64,000 bases of DNA from contig OZ360235.1 of NCBI GenBank assembly GCA_977017645.1, positions 90,396,001 to 90,460,000 of the forward strand, written 5' to 3'. Made by a program: the position numbers and the translations under genes. The notes beneath the pieces were generated by a model that had not been told where the DNA came from, did no database searches, and saw only the letters and a program-made list of their open reading frames with translations. Position 1 is the first letter of the stretch; each line of letters opens with the position of its first letter. Shown one piece after another: positions 23,481 through 35,323 of the stretch. The stretch is from Torpedo marmorata. Lineage: Eukaryota.

Positions 23481-24653
23481 TGTTACAAACTAACAAACCT
23501 TGCTATTACTAACAAATGAACAGCAATGGAAAATTCACCAGACAATGGTAAATTAAAAGAATCGTTTTATTTAAACTATTAATAACATAACATATCTTAC
23601 TTAACTCTAAACTTAACTCTGACTTAAGCCCCACTATGCGCAAATGTAAATGTGTGTGTGTTAAAGTCCAAACTATTTCAGTTTAAATTTAAATCTGAAA
23701 AGTCACTTTTAAAGTCCAGTTTCCAACTTCTTGTTGAACTTTAGGATCCCTTTAAATTATGATTCAGAAGTAAATAAAGCAAGAGTGAAGCATCCGATTT
23801 CTTTCAAACTCACACGTCTTTTGATGAGTTGTCTTTCAAACAAGTGTTTTCACAAATTTCCCTCTTTCTTGTTAAGGTTATGGAACTGTGATCTTCACGA
23901 TTATTTATTTCTTAATCAGGAGTAACATACGGTGATGTCCTCTTTTCTTAGAGCAATTGGAAAGTAGTCTTACATATTTTAAAAGCCACTTTTTATGTAT
24001 TTCCTATGATAAGGATAATACACAGAGACAGTACCTCTATCCATTCAGAGATCACTGCTCAAAATTTCTGTCTTTCCAGAAAGTCAAATTTCTTCAGAAC
24101 TGCTTCAATCCCTGTTCTTTCAGGGATTTTAAGTTTCTCCAGTCTGTTACAGTCTGATCCAAAATGTCTGATTTCTTCAATAATATGGGTCTCTGACATC
24201 ATGTGACGTGACATCACCACAGTCCCAGCTTCATTTCTGCAAAACCTTTTGCCTTTCTTCAAAATCACTTCCATCCACAAAAACATCTGACCTCATCTCT
24301 GTTCCAAGAGGCTTAAGTGGTTTATGATTCCGGAAAGTCTGAGCACATGTCACTCAAATGGCACTTGAGTTTGAAACAGTTGCTAGCATAATGCTGATTT
24401 GTACACAAAAATGCTTTTAAGAACCACTTCCTGGAATCTTTACAGTTGCCAGCTCCAGTTTCTTGGAAACCATGTGACCTTCATAACTCTGTCTTGCAGA
24501 TGTCACGTCTCCGAAAGGTGACCTCACTTCTCTTAGTAATGTTTTTTTTTCTGCAAATGTGCTGTGACCCTGTACCAGCCCACAACTAACCTTACTAACA
24601 ATATATATAACTTAACTTTAAATATTAATATTAACTTTAACACATCCGTTACA
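23481..24653 (-). mobile_element. Solo LTR (1173 bp)
   Basis: TGTTAC...GTTACA termini; 4-bp TSD AAAC (23477-23480, 24654-24657); the host LINE is continuous across it. Strand inferred from AATAAAA on the minus strand at ~23566. Confidence 0.85.
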
Positions 24654-24834
24654 AAACTGTACTCAAGAAAAAGATACATATACAAAAGAGAGAAATGTAA
24701 ACAAACTGACTGTGCAAATGCAGAAAAAAAATTCAGTAATAAATAATGTGCAAAGTAAGAGTTCTTAAATTAGTCTCTGATTGAGACTGTTATTTAGGAG
24801 TCTGATGTTGGAGGGTTAGCAACTATTCCTGAAC

Positions 24835-25090
24835 AGCACAGTTAGCATAGCAGTTAGCGCAGCGCTGTTACAGCGCCAGCGATTGGGACGGGGGTTCGAA
24901 TCATGCGCTGTCTGTAAGGAGTTTGTACGTTCTCCTTTTGTCTGCGTGGGTTTTCCTCGGGGACTCCGGTTTCCTTCCACCCTCCAAAACGTACCGGGGA
25001 TTGTAGGTCAATTGGGTGAAATTGACCAGCACGGGCTCGTGGGCCGAAAGGGCCAGTTACTGTGCTGTATGTCTAAATTTAAAATTTAAA
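24835..25090 (+). mobile_element. tRNA-derived V-SINE
   Basis: B box GGTTCGAATC, V core, CR1-type tail, (AAATTT)n. Confidence 0.9.
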
Positions 25091-25180
25091 GAACCTGGTG
25101 GTACAAGTCTTGTGGCACCTATACCTCTTTCCTGATGGAAGCAGCAAGAACAGAGCATGTTCTGGGTGGTGTGGACCCTT

Positions 25181-25490
25181 GGGTGGCACGGTTGGCGTAG
25201 AGGGCGGCACGGTTGGCATAGAGGACGGCATGGTTGGCGTAGCGGTTAGCGCAACACCTTTATAGCGCCAGCGATCGGGACCGGACCGGGGTTCGAGCCC
25301 CACGCTGTCTGTAAGGAGTTTGTACGTTCTCCCCGTGTCTGCGTGGGTTTTCTCCAGGGGCTCCGGTTTCCTCCCACCATTCAAAAACGTACTGGGGGTG
25401 TAGGTTAATGGGGTGTAAATTGGGCGGCACAGACTCGAGGGCCGAAATGGCCTGTTACCGTGCTGTACGTCTAAATTAAAAATTAAAATT
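25181..25490 (+). mobile_element. tRNA-derived V-SINE with a triplicated 21-bp 5' head
   Basis: Three GGGCGGCACGGTTGGCGTAGA-like units (25181-25243), then a normal SINE body. Confidence 0.9.
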
Positions 25491-25866
25491 GGTGATTGCT
25501 GCTGCTCTCCAACAGCAGTGTTCCATATAAATGTTCTCAATGGTGGGAAGAGTTTTGCATGTGATTTACAGGGCTGTGTCCAGTACCTTTTGAAGGGTTT
25601 TCTGCTCAGAGGTATTGGTGCCCCCATACCAGACCATGAAACAGCCGGTCAGCACACTTTCCACTACAAATCTGTAGAGGTTTGCCAAGGTTTCCGATGT
25701 CATACCGCACCTCCGCAAACTCCTGAGGAAGTAAATTTGATACCATTCTTAACTTCCTCAATGCATTCTCCATGTACAGAGATGTAGGAAGCTTGGCTTT
25801 CGTGAATAAGATCAATAAATTGGTTGGGTTAATCAGGGGGGAGAGAATGTAGTGAAGAATATATTG

Positions 25867-26320
25867 GTGGCACGGTGGCATAGTTCTCCCTCCTTCTTCC
25901 AGTTCCAGTTTAATTTATTTTCATTTAGACATACAGCACGGTAACAGGCCCTTTCGGCCCACGAGCCCGTGCCACCCAACTGACCTACAACCCCCGGTAT
26001 GTTTTTGAAGGGTGGGAGGAAACCGGAGCGTTGCGCTAACCACTACGCTAACCGTGCAGCCCCTGTTCTGTTCTACCTTCTGGTGCCACCTGTGTGGAGT
26101 GCACTGCTTTTGTTTTCTCCCATCTCCCAAAGACGTTGGTTGGTTAATTGGCCATGATAAATTGTCCCTGGTGTGTAGATGGGTGGGAGAATCTGTGGAG
26201 AATTGATGGGGACATGGGGAGAGTGGACTGGGATTAATGTAGGATTAGTGCAAATGGATGATGCATGATTGGCAAAGACTCAGTGTGCCAAGGGGACAAT
26301 TTATCTGCTGTGTGACTTGA
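25867..26320. mobile_element. Older V-SINE (+) with an internally deleted young V-SINE (-, ~25908-26060) nested in it
   Basis: GGTGGCACGGTGGC head; reverse tail TTTAGACATACAGCACGGTAACAGGCCC; CTCCCATCTCCCAAAGACG..GGTTAATTGGCC body. Confidence 0.7.
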
Positions 26321-26854
26321 TGACTGGATAATGCAAGTCGTTGAATGGATGGTAACAGTCCATCCAAAAGGAATAGAGACTGGGTAAAAGTTGCCTGTTT
26401 TATATCTTGAATACATGAAACATGAAGGTCGCCATACAGCTATATCTTGACCACTTGCTGACGCCCACGTATTCAGACTTTCATTTTAATTAAGCTCTTT
26501 TGTTGGTTTTATTTGGTGTTTCATTCTTCCATCAAAATCTTTTCCTCTCTTGTGGTCTGGAAATGGTGAGCCAACACATGTCATTCATTGAGGATTATAG
26601 AAGTAAATTTGAAGCTCAGAGCAATTAAAAATAAACCAGAAACACTGTAATATGGACCAGATTTCACTGGGTGTAACTCGACAGTCATTATGATGCAGCT
26701 GAATCTTAAATTAAAATAACATTGCAGTTCAAAACCTTAACTGCAAGAACAGTGGCTACATAAATTGAGAGAGAGAGAGTTGCTGGTGCTAGATCTTAGC
26801 AGTGGGTGGTACTGCCTGCATTATATTTGGTCAAGTGGCCTTCTTTGATCTGTT

Positions 26855-27100
26855 TTAAATTTTTTTATTTAGACATACAGCACGGTAACAGGCCATTTCG
26901 GCCCATGAGTCCACGCCGCCCAATTTATACCCAATTAACCTACACCCCCGGTGCGTTTCGAATGGTGGGAGGAAACCGGAGGCCCCGGGGAAAACCCACG
27001 CAGACACGGGGAGAACGTACAAACTCCTTGTAGACAGCACGGGATTCGAACCCAGGTCCTGATCGCTGGTATTGTAACAGCATTGCGCTAACTATGCCGC
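26855..27100 (-). mobile_element. tRNA-derived V-SINE
   Basis: Reverse complement of the 21710/29800 family (GGATTCGAACCC B box, V core). Confidence 0.92.
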
Positions 27101-27845
27101 CCACACCTCTTCTCAGGGTTCCAAACTGGCAGCACGCTCAAGTCGCCATGCTTCACCAAAGGGTTGAAATGCTGGCTACCATTTGTGGCAAACCTGACGT
27201 GCACCTTCCAGTTGGTAGTTGGATTATGACTATTACAAAAGCTGCCAGAGGAAGTGGTAGAAGTGGGGATAATTTTTACATTCTAAAAGCATTTAGACAT
27301 ACATGTGGACAGAAAAGGTTTTGAAGGATACGGGCCAAATGTAGGCAAATAAAACCAGCATGGACTGGTTGGGCAGAAAGGCCTTTTCTGTGCTGAATCT
27401 GTCATTCTTCCCTATCCATACACCAGCACCTACCCGACAGTTATACCTCAAGTAAACCAAGTCAGCGTTTTTATTTTTTCTTGGTCACTTTTTCTTCAAA
27501 CAGAATTCACTGTTCATTCCATTTACTGCTTCTTCATGATACAAGAAAGATTTACTTTTTAGCTGTGAGATTAAGCATTCTTTGGTAACAGTCTTAAATG
27601 ATCCTGCAGTAAGTTGCGGTGAAGTGCATTTTTCATGTTGGCAGACATTTGCGACCATCTCATACTCAGCTTGGTTCAGCAGATGGAGCACGGGTGCTTT
27701 CTGTGATCATACTTGAAGTGAAGGGATTGGGCAGGATGTGCAAATGGATGGGAGGACATTTTTTCTCCGTAGCTACTTGTTGTACTTCGCTGCTTTACTT
27801 CGATTGAGTTGGGAGGATGTCTTGCTGCGTATCATGCGTGTGGGA

Positions 27846-28063
27846 GTAAAGTAAAGTAAAGTAAAGGTTCCATTATTGTCACGTAATACTACATTTAGAA
27901 TGTAACATACATGAAATTCTTTAATTTTTGTCTACCGTAAGTCAGACAGAGGGTCGCTATTTTGTCCAGCGCCCCTCACAGAAACCTACAGCTCCTGGTG
28001 TTCCTAGGCGGTCTCCCCTCCAAGTACTGACCAGTCCTGTGCCTGCTTAGCTTCTGAGATCAG
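27846..28063 (-). mobile_element. 5S-rRNA-derived SINE (SINE3 type), 5'-truncated copy
   Basis: Minus strand CTGATCTCAGAAGCTAAGCAGG..AGTACTTGGAGGGGAGACCGCC..GCTGTAGGTTT (5S), then a non-5S body and (CTTTA)n tail; matches 30570-30805. Confidence 0.9.
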
Positions 28064-28154
28064 TCTGGCAAGCTTTGTCCCTCCGCTCATCATAGTTTGA
28101 TCTGAGTCACATTTGCCAAATGTACCATCGCACTGACAGACATCTGGGTCCGAA

Positions 28155-28970
28155 GAACGTTAGAAATAGAAGCAGGAGTCGGCCATCCGACCTGTCGGGA
28201 CTGCTCCACCATTCAATACGATCGTGGCTTATCTGGTGGTGGACTCAGCTCCATTTACCTGCCTGTTCCCCGTAACCCTTAATTCCCTTATTCTTCAGAA
28301 ATCTATCTCTGTGTCTTAAACACATTCAATGAGGCAGCCTTGAGTGCTTCCTTGGGCAGAGAATTGCACAGATTTGCTACTCTCTGGGAAATGCAGTTGC
28401 TCCTTATATCTTTCTTAAATCTACTCCCCTAATTCTCGAGGCCATGTCCCTTTGTTCTTGTCTCATGTTTCTCATTCTGTCTTATCTACTCCTTTAACAA
28501 ATCTATTTCTGTAAAATCCCCCCTCATCATTCAAAACTCCAATGAGTATTGTCCCAGGCTACAATCTCTCCGCGTATGATAGCCCCTTCATTTCTAGAAT
28601 TGTCTAGGGCAGCACGGTTAGTGTAGCGGTTAGCACAACGCTGCTACTGTGCCAGCAACCGGGGTTCGAAGAATTTGTACGTTCTCCACGTGTCGGCGTG
28701 GGTTTCCTCCGGGGGCTCCGGTTTCCTCCCACCGTTCAAAAATGTACTGGGGGTGTAGGTCAATTGGGTGTTAATTGGGCTTGTGGGCCAAAAGGGCCTG
28801 TATGTCTAAATTTAAATTTAATTTAAAAATCAAGCAGGTGAACCTCCTCTGTACCATCTCCAAAGCCACTACAAGTAAGGAGACTAGAACTGCACACAGT
28901 ACTCCAGGTGTGGCCTCACCAAGCTGTACAGTTACAGCTGAACCTCCCTGCTCTTAAATTCAATCCCTCA
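28155..28970 (-). mobile_element. CR1 LINE 3' part, interrupted by a V-SINE
   Basis: TAGAAATAGAAGCAGGAGTCGGCCAT tail; GAACTGCACACAGTACTCCAGGTGTGGCCTCACC (VRPHLEYCVQF on the minus strand). Confidence 0.8.
28607..28830 (+). mobile_element. tRNA-derived V-SINE
   Basis: GGGCAGCACGGTTAG head, GGTTCGAA, V core, (AAATTT)n. Confidence 0.88.
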
Positions 28971-29799
28971 TCGCAGTTTGACAGTCACATCAGTCTATAT
29001 CCTTCGATGGACATTTGATTTATTCGGAGCAGTTGTCCTAATGGTGACCCTCATCCATCCATCCAATATTCAATGGACAATGCAGCCTGCATTCCTTTCA
29101 TCTCATCCTGAATGTGAGTCAACACTTCAAAACAGCCCAGTGGCTGATCGCCAGCACAGATTCAGTGGGGTGAAGAGCCTGTTTCTGCGCTGCATCTCCC
29201 CGACTCTCAGCACGCCACTCAATCTCTCCTTTCTCAGCCGTCGTCTACCCGCCCCCCCCCCCTCCCAAATCCCTCAAACCTTTCTTTCCCCAGGATTATA
29301 TCGAGTGGTCTCTTAGATCTGTTGGTGATGTTGTCCTCGTGGTTAACCCCAAGCATTTCTCTTCAGGTGAAAAGTTTTGCTGGATTTTCCTTGTGTCTCC
29401 TCTGAGCTTCCACATTTTGTGTCCTTTAACAGCAGTCTTTTTGTCTACCCTGATGCCAGTCAAGTGGAGCTGAATCTCTTCCATGCCCTGTATCTAATTT
29501 CCTCTTTGATGCTGCTTTCCCCTTCGTTTCTCCATTGGTGGTGGAGCCTTCTTCCTCCACATGTACTTTGAAACCCTCAAATCAAACCCCTTTCTGTTTT
29601 GAGCCCACTCCTGTCCCTAAATTGTTTCTTGGATCTCTTCCATTTTTTTCTCTCTCTTAAGAACTTAGTACTTCAAGCTGAACCAAAGATAATATATCAA
29701 AGTAATCTCTGCTTAAATGAATGTTTTGCAGTTTGTGGAACAATTCACAATTACTTGCTGTAGTTTTATTTTAATTGTTTTTTAAGGATGGGACATTTA

Positions 29800-30062
29800 G
29801 GGTGGCAGGGTTGGCGTAGCAGTTAGCGCAACACCGTTACAGCGCCAGCGATCGGCACTGGAGTCTGAATCCCGCGCTGTCTGTAAGGAGATTGTACGTT
29901 CTCCCCATGTCTGCGTGGGTTTCCTCTGGGGGATCCGGTTTCCTCCCACTGTTTGAAACGTACCGGGGGTTGTAGATCAATTGGGTGTAATTGGACGGCA
30001 CGGGCTCATGGGCCGAAATGGCCTGTTACCGTGCTGTATGTCTAAATAAATCTAAATAAATT
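29800..30062 (+). mobile_element. tRNA-derived V-SINE
   Basis: Same family as 21710 and 25181; tail GGGCCGAAATGGCCTGTTACCGTGCTGTATGTCTAAA. Confidence 0.92.
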
Positions 30063-30064
30063 TT

Positions 30065-30985
30065 CGGCAAGGCCAGCTTTTATCAGCCATCCCTAATTAT
30101 TGCTGAGAATGTCTTCCTGACTTACTGCAATCCTTTGGCATGGGCATTCATACACGTGTTGTTGAGGAGGGACTTCCAGGAATTAGGCCCAGTCTGGATA
30201 ACAAACATATTCCATGTCAGGAAGGTGTGCCAAGTGGAGGGTGATGGTGTTCTTCTGTACTTTCTTGGTGGAAGGCGGGGGGTGGGGGTCACAAGTTTGA
30301 GAGATGCAATTGGACGAACCTGGAGTGCATCTTGTTGATGGTGTACATTGGAGCCACTGTGCATAGTGGTGGAGGGAATGAATGTTTAGAGTGGTTGATT
30401 GAGTGCCAGCCATGTGGGCTACATTCACCTGGGTGCTGTCAAGTTTCTCGTGTGTTGCTGGAGTTGCGGTCATCTTGGCCAATGGAGTGTATTTTACCAT
30501 CGTCTGGACATGTGCCTAGTAGATGGTGGAGAGGCTTTAGGGTGTCAGAAGGTGAATCACTTGCTACAGCACCAATAGCCTGAATACGACTGGGATTGTC
30601 TGATCTCGGAAGCTAAGCAGGCACAGGACTGGTCAGTACTTGGAGGCGAGACTGCCAAGGAACACCAGGTGCTGTAGGTTTCTGTGAGGGGCGCTGGACA
30701 AAGTAGCGACCCTCTGTCTGCCTTACGGTAGACAAAAATTAAAGAATTTCATGTATGTTACATTCTAAATGTAGTATTACGTGACAATAATGGAACCTTT
30801 ACCTTTACAGGGTACCCCTCCTCTGACTTACTCTTGTGGTATTTATACAGCTGATCTAGTTGAGCTTCTGGTCGGCAGTAATCACCAATGTGTTGCTTGT
30901 GGGGGATTCAGTGTTAGTAATGCCATGGAATGTCAAGGACCAATGCTTAGACACTTGTTGGATATATTCATTGTCTGACACTTCT
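30065..30985 (-). mobile_element. Old CR1-group LINE 3' region (distinct family) hosting the 5S SINE
   Basis: YTPLAKMTATPATHEKLDSTQ..STTLNIHSLHH resembles the post-RT LINE motif EYSPLAW...LD.IQ; sequence continues after 30810. Confidence 0.65.
30570..30805 (+). mobile_element. 5S-rRNA-derived SINE (SINE3 type), near full length
   Basis: TAGCCTGAATACG..GTCTGATCTCGGAAGCTAAGCAGG..AGTACTTGGA..GAGAC..CCAGGTGCTGTAGGTTT = 5S head, followed by a ~125-bp tail ending TGACAATAATGGAACCTTTACCTT; possible TSD TACAG (30565-30569, 30806-30810). Confidence 0.92.
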
Positions 30986-31149
30986 GACTTCCACTGTCAG
31001 TTCCAACAGTGAACTCTTGCCTGTTTCAACTCATTCTGCACCAAATGTTTCCACCTTAAATTGATCCATGATTAATCATTTGTGAAGCATAGAATGAGAG
31101 AATGGTTATAGCACTGAGGGAGGGAATTGTGTCTCTGTAGGCTTACTGC

Positions 31150-31592
31150 CAACACCCTATATTCTGTCTGGGCCCTCTCCAACCAGACAACATTAACATC
31201 GACTTCTCCAATTTCTGTTAACCCTCTCTCCTGAGTTTCTCTTTCCCTACCCCTGTCCCCCTTCCTTTCCTCCAGCTCCCCACCTCTGTCCCTTCCCTCA
31301 CCTATCAGAGAGCTACCCTCTCCTCTGATCACCTCAGCTTTTTTCTCTTCTACCCTCCCACCTGTATCCACCTGTGACCTCTTACCTGTTAGCCCGTGCT
31401 CCTCCCTCTTCCTCCCCCTCCCCTGCCCTCTCTACCTTTTTATTCAGGCACCTGCCTGTTTTGGCTCTTACCTGACGAAGCGGCCTAGACCCAAAACAAG
31501 GTTACCCTTTACTTCCTATGGATGCTGCGTGACCTGCCGATTTTTTTTCTGCATGTTTGTGTATACACCCCAGCATCTGCAGACCTTCTTGT
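31150..31592 (+). mobile_element. Penelope-like element 3' end
   Basis: QHPIFCLGPLQPDNINIDFSNFC*, pyrimidine tract, degenerate hammerhead CCTGACGAAG..CCCAAAAC at 31471, CCCCAGCATCTGCAGAC end. Confidence 0.8.
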
Positions 31593-32242
31593 TTAGCTCA
31601 CCAGTTCTATCCATCAGTCCCTTCTCCCAAGCCTTGCCCATTTTTCTTCTTCACATATTTATCCAGTTCTCTCTTAAAGGGCCCAGAGGACTGGAATGGA
31701 ACCTGCCTCCACCACATTTGCAGGCAATGCATTCCAGATTCCAGCTGCTCGTTTTTTTCTTCATGTTGCTCATAATTCAGCTCTTTATTCCGGACTGTGA
31801 CCTCCACTGTTTGACCTCCTTCACCAAAGGTCTCAAAGCTCTGATTGTCCTTCCTGTCCAAACTCATTATTTAAAATATTTCCATCATACCTTCTCTCAG
31901 CTTCGCTTTCCTTCAAAAAAATGCAGCCCCAGTTTCCATCCTTGTGATTTGGTCCCACTTTCAGGAATCCTTCTCGGAAATCTTTTCTGGACCCTCTCAG
32001 GTGGTCTCACGTCATTCCTATAATGTGGCAATCACAATACGCCAGTTGAGGACAGGCAAGTGTTTTATAAGAGTTCAGCAAGATCTTTGTGTTTTTATGT
32101 TCTGCAACGTGATTGATAAAGCCCAGATGATAACAATGGTATTTGTAAAAGTCTTACAGTGAGCAGTGGAGTGGATTTCCAGCAACCTTTATTTATGTAT
32201 TTATTTATTTATTGTTGTATTTCTGTGAATTTCTTTCAACAG

Positions 32243-32401
32243 GTCCACCGGGACCCCCTGGAGGAGTGAGAGTCGAAAATATCCGAGATACCTCCGTGAC
32301 TTTGTCCTGGAGTCGAGGAACAGATAATCACAGCCCAATCTCCAGGTACATCGTCCAGCAGAAGATTTTGGATTCTATTGATTGGAAAGATTCCAAAACA
32401 G
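32243..32401 (+). CDS. cntn1: Contactin (CNTN1-like) internal coding exon, first half of FN3 domain 1
   Basis: Acceptor TTTCTTTCAACAG, donor GTCAGT, 159 bp, phase 1-1. (G)[52 protein letters not shown] matches contactin FN3-1; IR.TSV and DWKD.KT are CNTN1-like. The paralogue call (vs CNTN2) is less certain than the exon call. Confidence 0.9.
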
Positions 32402-33227
32402 GTCAGTCTGAACTCTCTGACACCAGGACTTTCATTGAACAAGATGCTACATTAGAACTGAAGTAAATATACTGTCGTATTTAAACAAGAAATGCTGCAA
32501 ATGCTGGGGTCGAGTGCAATGCACAAACATGCTGGAGAGTTTTCCCAGCACATTTGTGTATTGCATACTGTTGCATTTGTTATATTTTATATGCTGCAAT
32601 GTGAACGAAAACAGCTTTTTGATCTCTTGGATGTGGCTGGAGAGAGTACAGAGAAATTGGGTGAATAATGAAACATAATGTATTTATTCACGGTCGTACA
32701 CAAGCTAATGTGTTTGCGTCAGATTCCTGGTAACTACTTCAATCCAGCAAATTGTATGAATGAGTCGAGAACGTGAAAGACAAGTCGGAGGTCTTTGATT
32801 GCTGTGAAAAACCTGCTTATCAAATGGCAGCAGGTTGTATTCACCTCCATGCAGCTGGTTCCATTGTGGCTTAGCATTGGAGTCAAAGACTGATACCACC
32901 CCATATGTGTTTTCTGATGGGACCTTTAAGTTCACACAGCCAAGGCTGGGAATCTCTGGAGGGAACTGTATCAAAGACTTGTCCAGTCAATGAACTGGAT
33001 GCCAGTCAGTGGATGGAGTGTTGACCAGACATTTGATGAGGCTGTTCCCATCGCAGCACCTGCCCTTCCTGCCTCAGCAATCCATTTCCGAACCCTGTCA
33101 TATAATGCATTCATTAAACATGCTGTCGAAGTTCATGTTGTCCCAGTTGAAGTTTAGTTGAAGGTTGAAGCTTTTGGTGTTGGCCATCAGGCTTGAAGCC
33201 ATTCTCTCCATACTTTTTCCCATTTAG

Positions 33228-33377
33228 ATCCTGAGGATATTGAAGGGAACCTGGAAACCCTGAAGGTTGTGGATCTAACCCCATGGATGGATTATGAATT
33301 CCGTGTCATTGCCGCAAACACCCTGGGACTGGGAGAGCCCAGCATGCCCTCTGCTAAAATCAGGACTGCTGAAGCAG
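33228..33377 (+). CDS. cntn1: Contactin (CNTN1-like) internal coding exon, second half of FN3 domain 1
   Basis: Acceptor CTTTTTCCCATTTAG, donor GTGAGT, 150 bp, phase 1-1, in frame with the previous exon: (D)[49 protein letters not shown]. Absent from the ORF track. Confidence 0.92.
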
Positions 33378-34729
33378 GTGAGTTGGCAGCTGCCGCAACA
33401 CTCAGCTTGCATCTTGCACCTCGTGATAGATCATTGTACAGGTCCTAATGCATTCTGCAAATCTCCCAAAGAAGAGTGCTGTGACCGGGTTGGTTAGTAT
33501 CGGAATTATTTCACCAACGTGGACTCTGAGCAATATCTGATTGCAAGTCACAGCTGCACCATTCCACTCCCCTCACTTCCCAAAATGTATTCTTCCAAGC
33601 ACCCAGCTGATTTTAATTTCCTAAGGGAGGAGGTTGTCATGGTTTATGAGTCACATCATGAGAAGCCTCTCCCTAAAGTTCCATGAAATACTGACACATG
33701 TTGAGGGCTTTGTGGTTTGCTCTTGATCCTTGATTCTGATGCTCTGACTTTGTCACCTGCTAGTTTACTGCACAGGATGGCAAGTTCGAGCAACAGTCAA
33801 ACAAAACCCTCTGAATGTGAACAAGGGAATCTCCTGATAGTCAGGAGATCCTACTGAAAAATTGTTCCAGCCTGCTTGTTTATTGCACCATTAACGTTTT
33901 AATCATCCACTGAAACAAATTAGCCATTGTAAGTGAAACGGTAATGTAAAAGTGCAAACATAAATTGAATTTATGGACAATTTGAGTAATCTGATTTTGA
34001 AATGGGAGCGGTCTACAGTCTGTGTTGCCCATGATGAATTATGTCAATGATTGGCAGGTATGCCATTAAAATAACAGAGATTTTGGTCTGATCCTCTGGT
34101 TCTTGAGTACTTTTGGATTGAATGCAGTTTAAATAGCCATGAAGGGACTGAGACTGCTTATTGGAGTTGTGAGTGTGTTTCTGAGAATTAACTTTCCCAA
34201 CCTGAAGTTCGAAATGTATGTTTTTTTTTGAAAAAGAGGCACCCACATCACTGAGAGGTTGGTGTGATTTGAAGAATGTTTCATTCCGCTAATAGTTGAT
34301 TGCTTTGTCACCAGAGGTATTGTGCCTTCACATTGGTTTGCTTCTGGCCAATGGCCATTTGATGCATTATGTCAACGGCTGAATGAAACCTCAGCCTGTC
34401 TTATCCTGTTGCAATGATTGTTGCCCAAAGTGCACAGTGAACCCAGATAGCAAGCCATTAATGCCAACATGTGGTTGTTTGTTCATTGAGTTCTGGCAGA
34501 AGGTGCAAGAGTTGTGATTGAGAACAGAAGGAGACAAAAGGGCAAATTAAATAGATTTTCTTAGATAGGAGGAAATACATTTATTATTATTTGCCCCCTG
34601 TGAGCTATTTGGAACATAAGAAAGACAGCATCTAATCATAGAAAAGCAGAACCAATTCATTGTTCACTGTTCTCTATTCTCAACTTGTTATCAAAAAAAT
34701 TACAGGGCATTTTTCAAGAATTATATTTA

Positions 34730-35323
34730 GGCCCTTTTATAGTGCAAAAAAAAGCGATTGTAAAGACAGAACATTTCTGTCTTTAAATCGCTTCACTTAT
34801 CTCCATAAAAAGTCCAATGGCGGATTGGCCAGGCGAACTCCGATCCGCCTAGGGAGGTACACACAGAGGTGGAGAGAATCTCTCCACCTCCTCCATAAAA
34901 CGGAAGCCGCTGAAAGCGGCTGCAAAGGGGAGGTCTGATGACATCGCGATGACGTCGTCAGCCCGCGACCCAGGAGCGCGATTTTTAAATAACTTGTAGA
35001 GCTAATTACGCTGCGCAAGAGATCTGCCTGAGCCTAAGACTGCCTGCACAGATCTCCACCAGCGCTCTTACCTGCTCCTCGGTTGCCATTTTGGGTATAG
35101 GCCGCTTTCCCTTCTCGGCACGTAAGTTTGACGTCATGGTGGTGGGCTGCGCTACTGCACCACTCGCCCCACCTCCCTCAGCTCGAGAAGTCGGTTCCTG
35201 ACGCAGCTCAGCATAAAGGCAACACTGGATACGCCATATAGGTCGTCACAATAAAAAGTAATTTCACCTTTTTATTTTTTTCCTTGAGCCGGCTTTAATG
35301 CGGGGTTGCACCATAAAAAGAGT
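34730..35323. mobile_element. Putative PIF/Harbinger-like non-autonomous DNA transposon
   Basis: Imperfect TIRs GGCCCTTTTATAGTGCAA / TTGCACCATAAAAAGAGT (13/18), preceded by TTA; CpG-rich interior with several palindromes in otherwise CpG-poor DNA. Confidence 0.5.

Larger units (their letters stand above)
23371..25740 (-). mobile_element. Rex/Babar-type LINE 3' part, fragmented by a solo LTR and two SINEs
   Basis: (AAGTTC)n tail plus ATTTATTGTCAG; PHHPEHALFLLLPSGKRYRCHKT at ~25090-25180; remainder at 25490-25740. Confidence 0.8.

Noticed and set aside
26390-26452. KHEGRHT peptide resembling the contactin Ig6 motif KHAGRYTC
   Set aside because: Lacks the Cys, has an in-frame stop four codons later, and no suitable splice sites.
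30563-30682. Functional 5S rRNA gene
   Set aside because: Many substitutions relative to vertebrate 5S, no tandem array, and fused to a retroposon tail in both copies.
32950-33025. ESLEGTVSK..QWMEC peptide faintly like the downstream exon (duplicated or alternative exon?)
   Set aside because: Similarity is at chance level, it ends in a stop, and there is no acceptor site.
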